DNA of 64,000 nucleotides from Mobula hypostoma (lineage: Eukaryota). Positions within the stretch are counted from its first letter, which is position 1. The number at the start of each line of letters is the position of its first letter. Below the pieces are notes generated by a model. The model was not told where the DNA came from, ran no database searches, and saw only the letters and a list, made by a program, of their open reading frames with translations. A program made the translations under genes and the position numbers. Below are positions 63,981 to 64,000 of the stretch, piece by piece. Location: the NCBI RefSeq assembly GCF_963921235.1, contig NC_086108.1, positions 32,924,001 through 32,988,000 of the forward strand, read 5' to 3'.

Positions 63981-64000
63981 ACAACACACATCAAAGTTGC
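63981..64000 (-). mobile_element. Start of a probable Penelope-like terminus interrupting the CR1
   Basis: CR1 homology stops after LGLYS, and caacacacatcaaagttgc resembles caacacacacaaaat in the copy at ~30156. Only 20 bp are visible. Confidence 0.4.

Noticed and set aside
61635..63989. Minus-strand ORFs of 258, 134 and 69 aa
   Set aside because: They are antisense shadows of CR1 ORF2 with no independent motifs.
14100..64000. Exons of a neighbouring gene such as UCK2
   Set aside because: No ORF or fragment with recognisable similarity was seen, though short exons could be missed by eye.
1..64000. CRISPR arrays, rRNA/tRNA genes, prokaryotic operons or defence systems
   Set aside because: The sequence is vertebrate with a spliceosomal intron. 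There is no repeat-spacer array, and tRNA-like boxes occur only in decayed SINE heads.

Overview
Eukaryotic, AT-rich vertebrate DNA. The repeat families (CR1, Rex1/Babar, Penelope-like, V-SINE-like) suggest a cartilaginous fish, probably a ray; this is inference. The only intact host gene is two-exon FAM78B (+ strand, CDS 1026-1288 joined to 11510-12032, 261 aa). The rest is intronic or intergenic, and from about 30 kb onward it is a dense, nested transposon graveyard. Three observations stand out. (1) An internally deleted Gypsy LTR element (32694-36274) has most of pol replaced by an intron-less, decayed fragment of the host splicing-factor gene RBM25, which was later split by a Rex1 LINE; this is consistent with LTR-mediated mRNA capture. 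(2) A ~257-bp RTE-derived non-autonomous element (45232-45488) begins with a twister-ribozyme-like motif almost exactly at its predicted cleavage site. (3) Penelope-like termini carry minimal type I hammerhead ribozyme motifs, with one intact core at 30216-30253. All homology calls were made by eye against remembered family motifs with no database search, and repeat boundaries are approximate.
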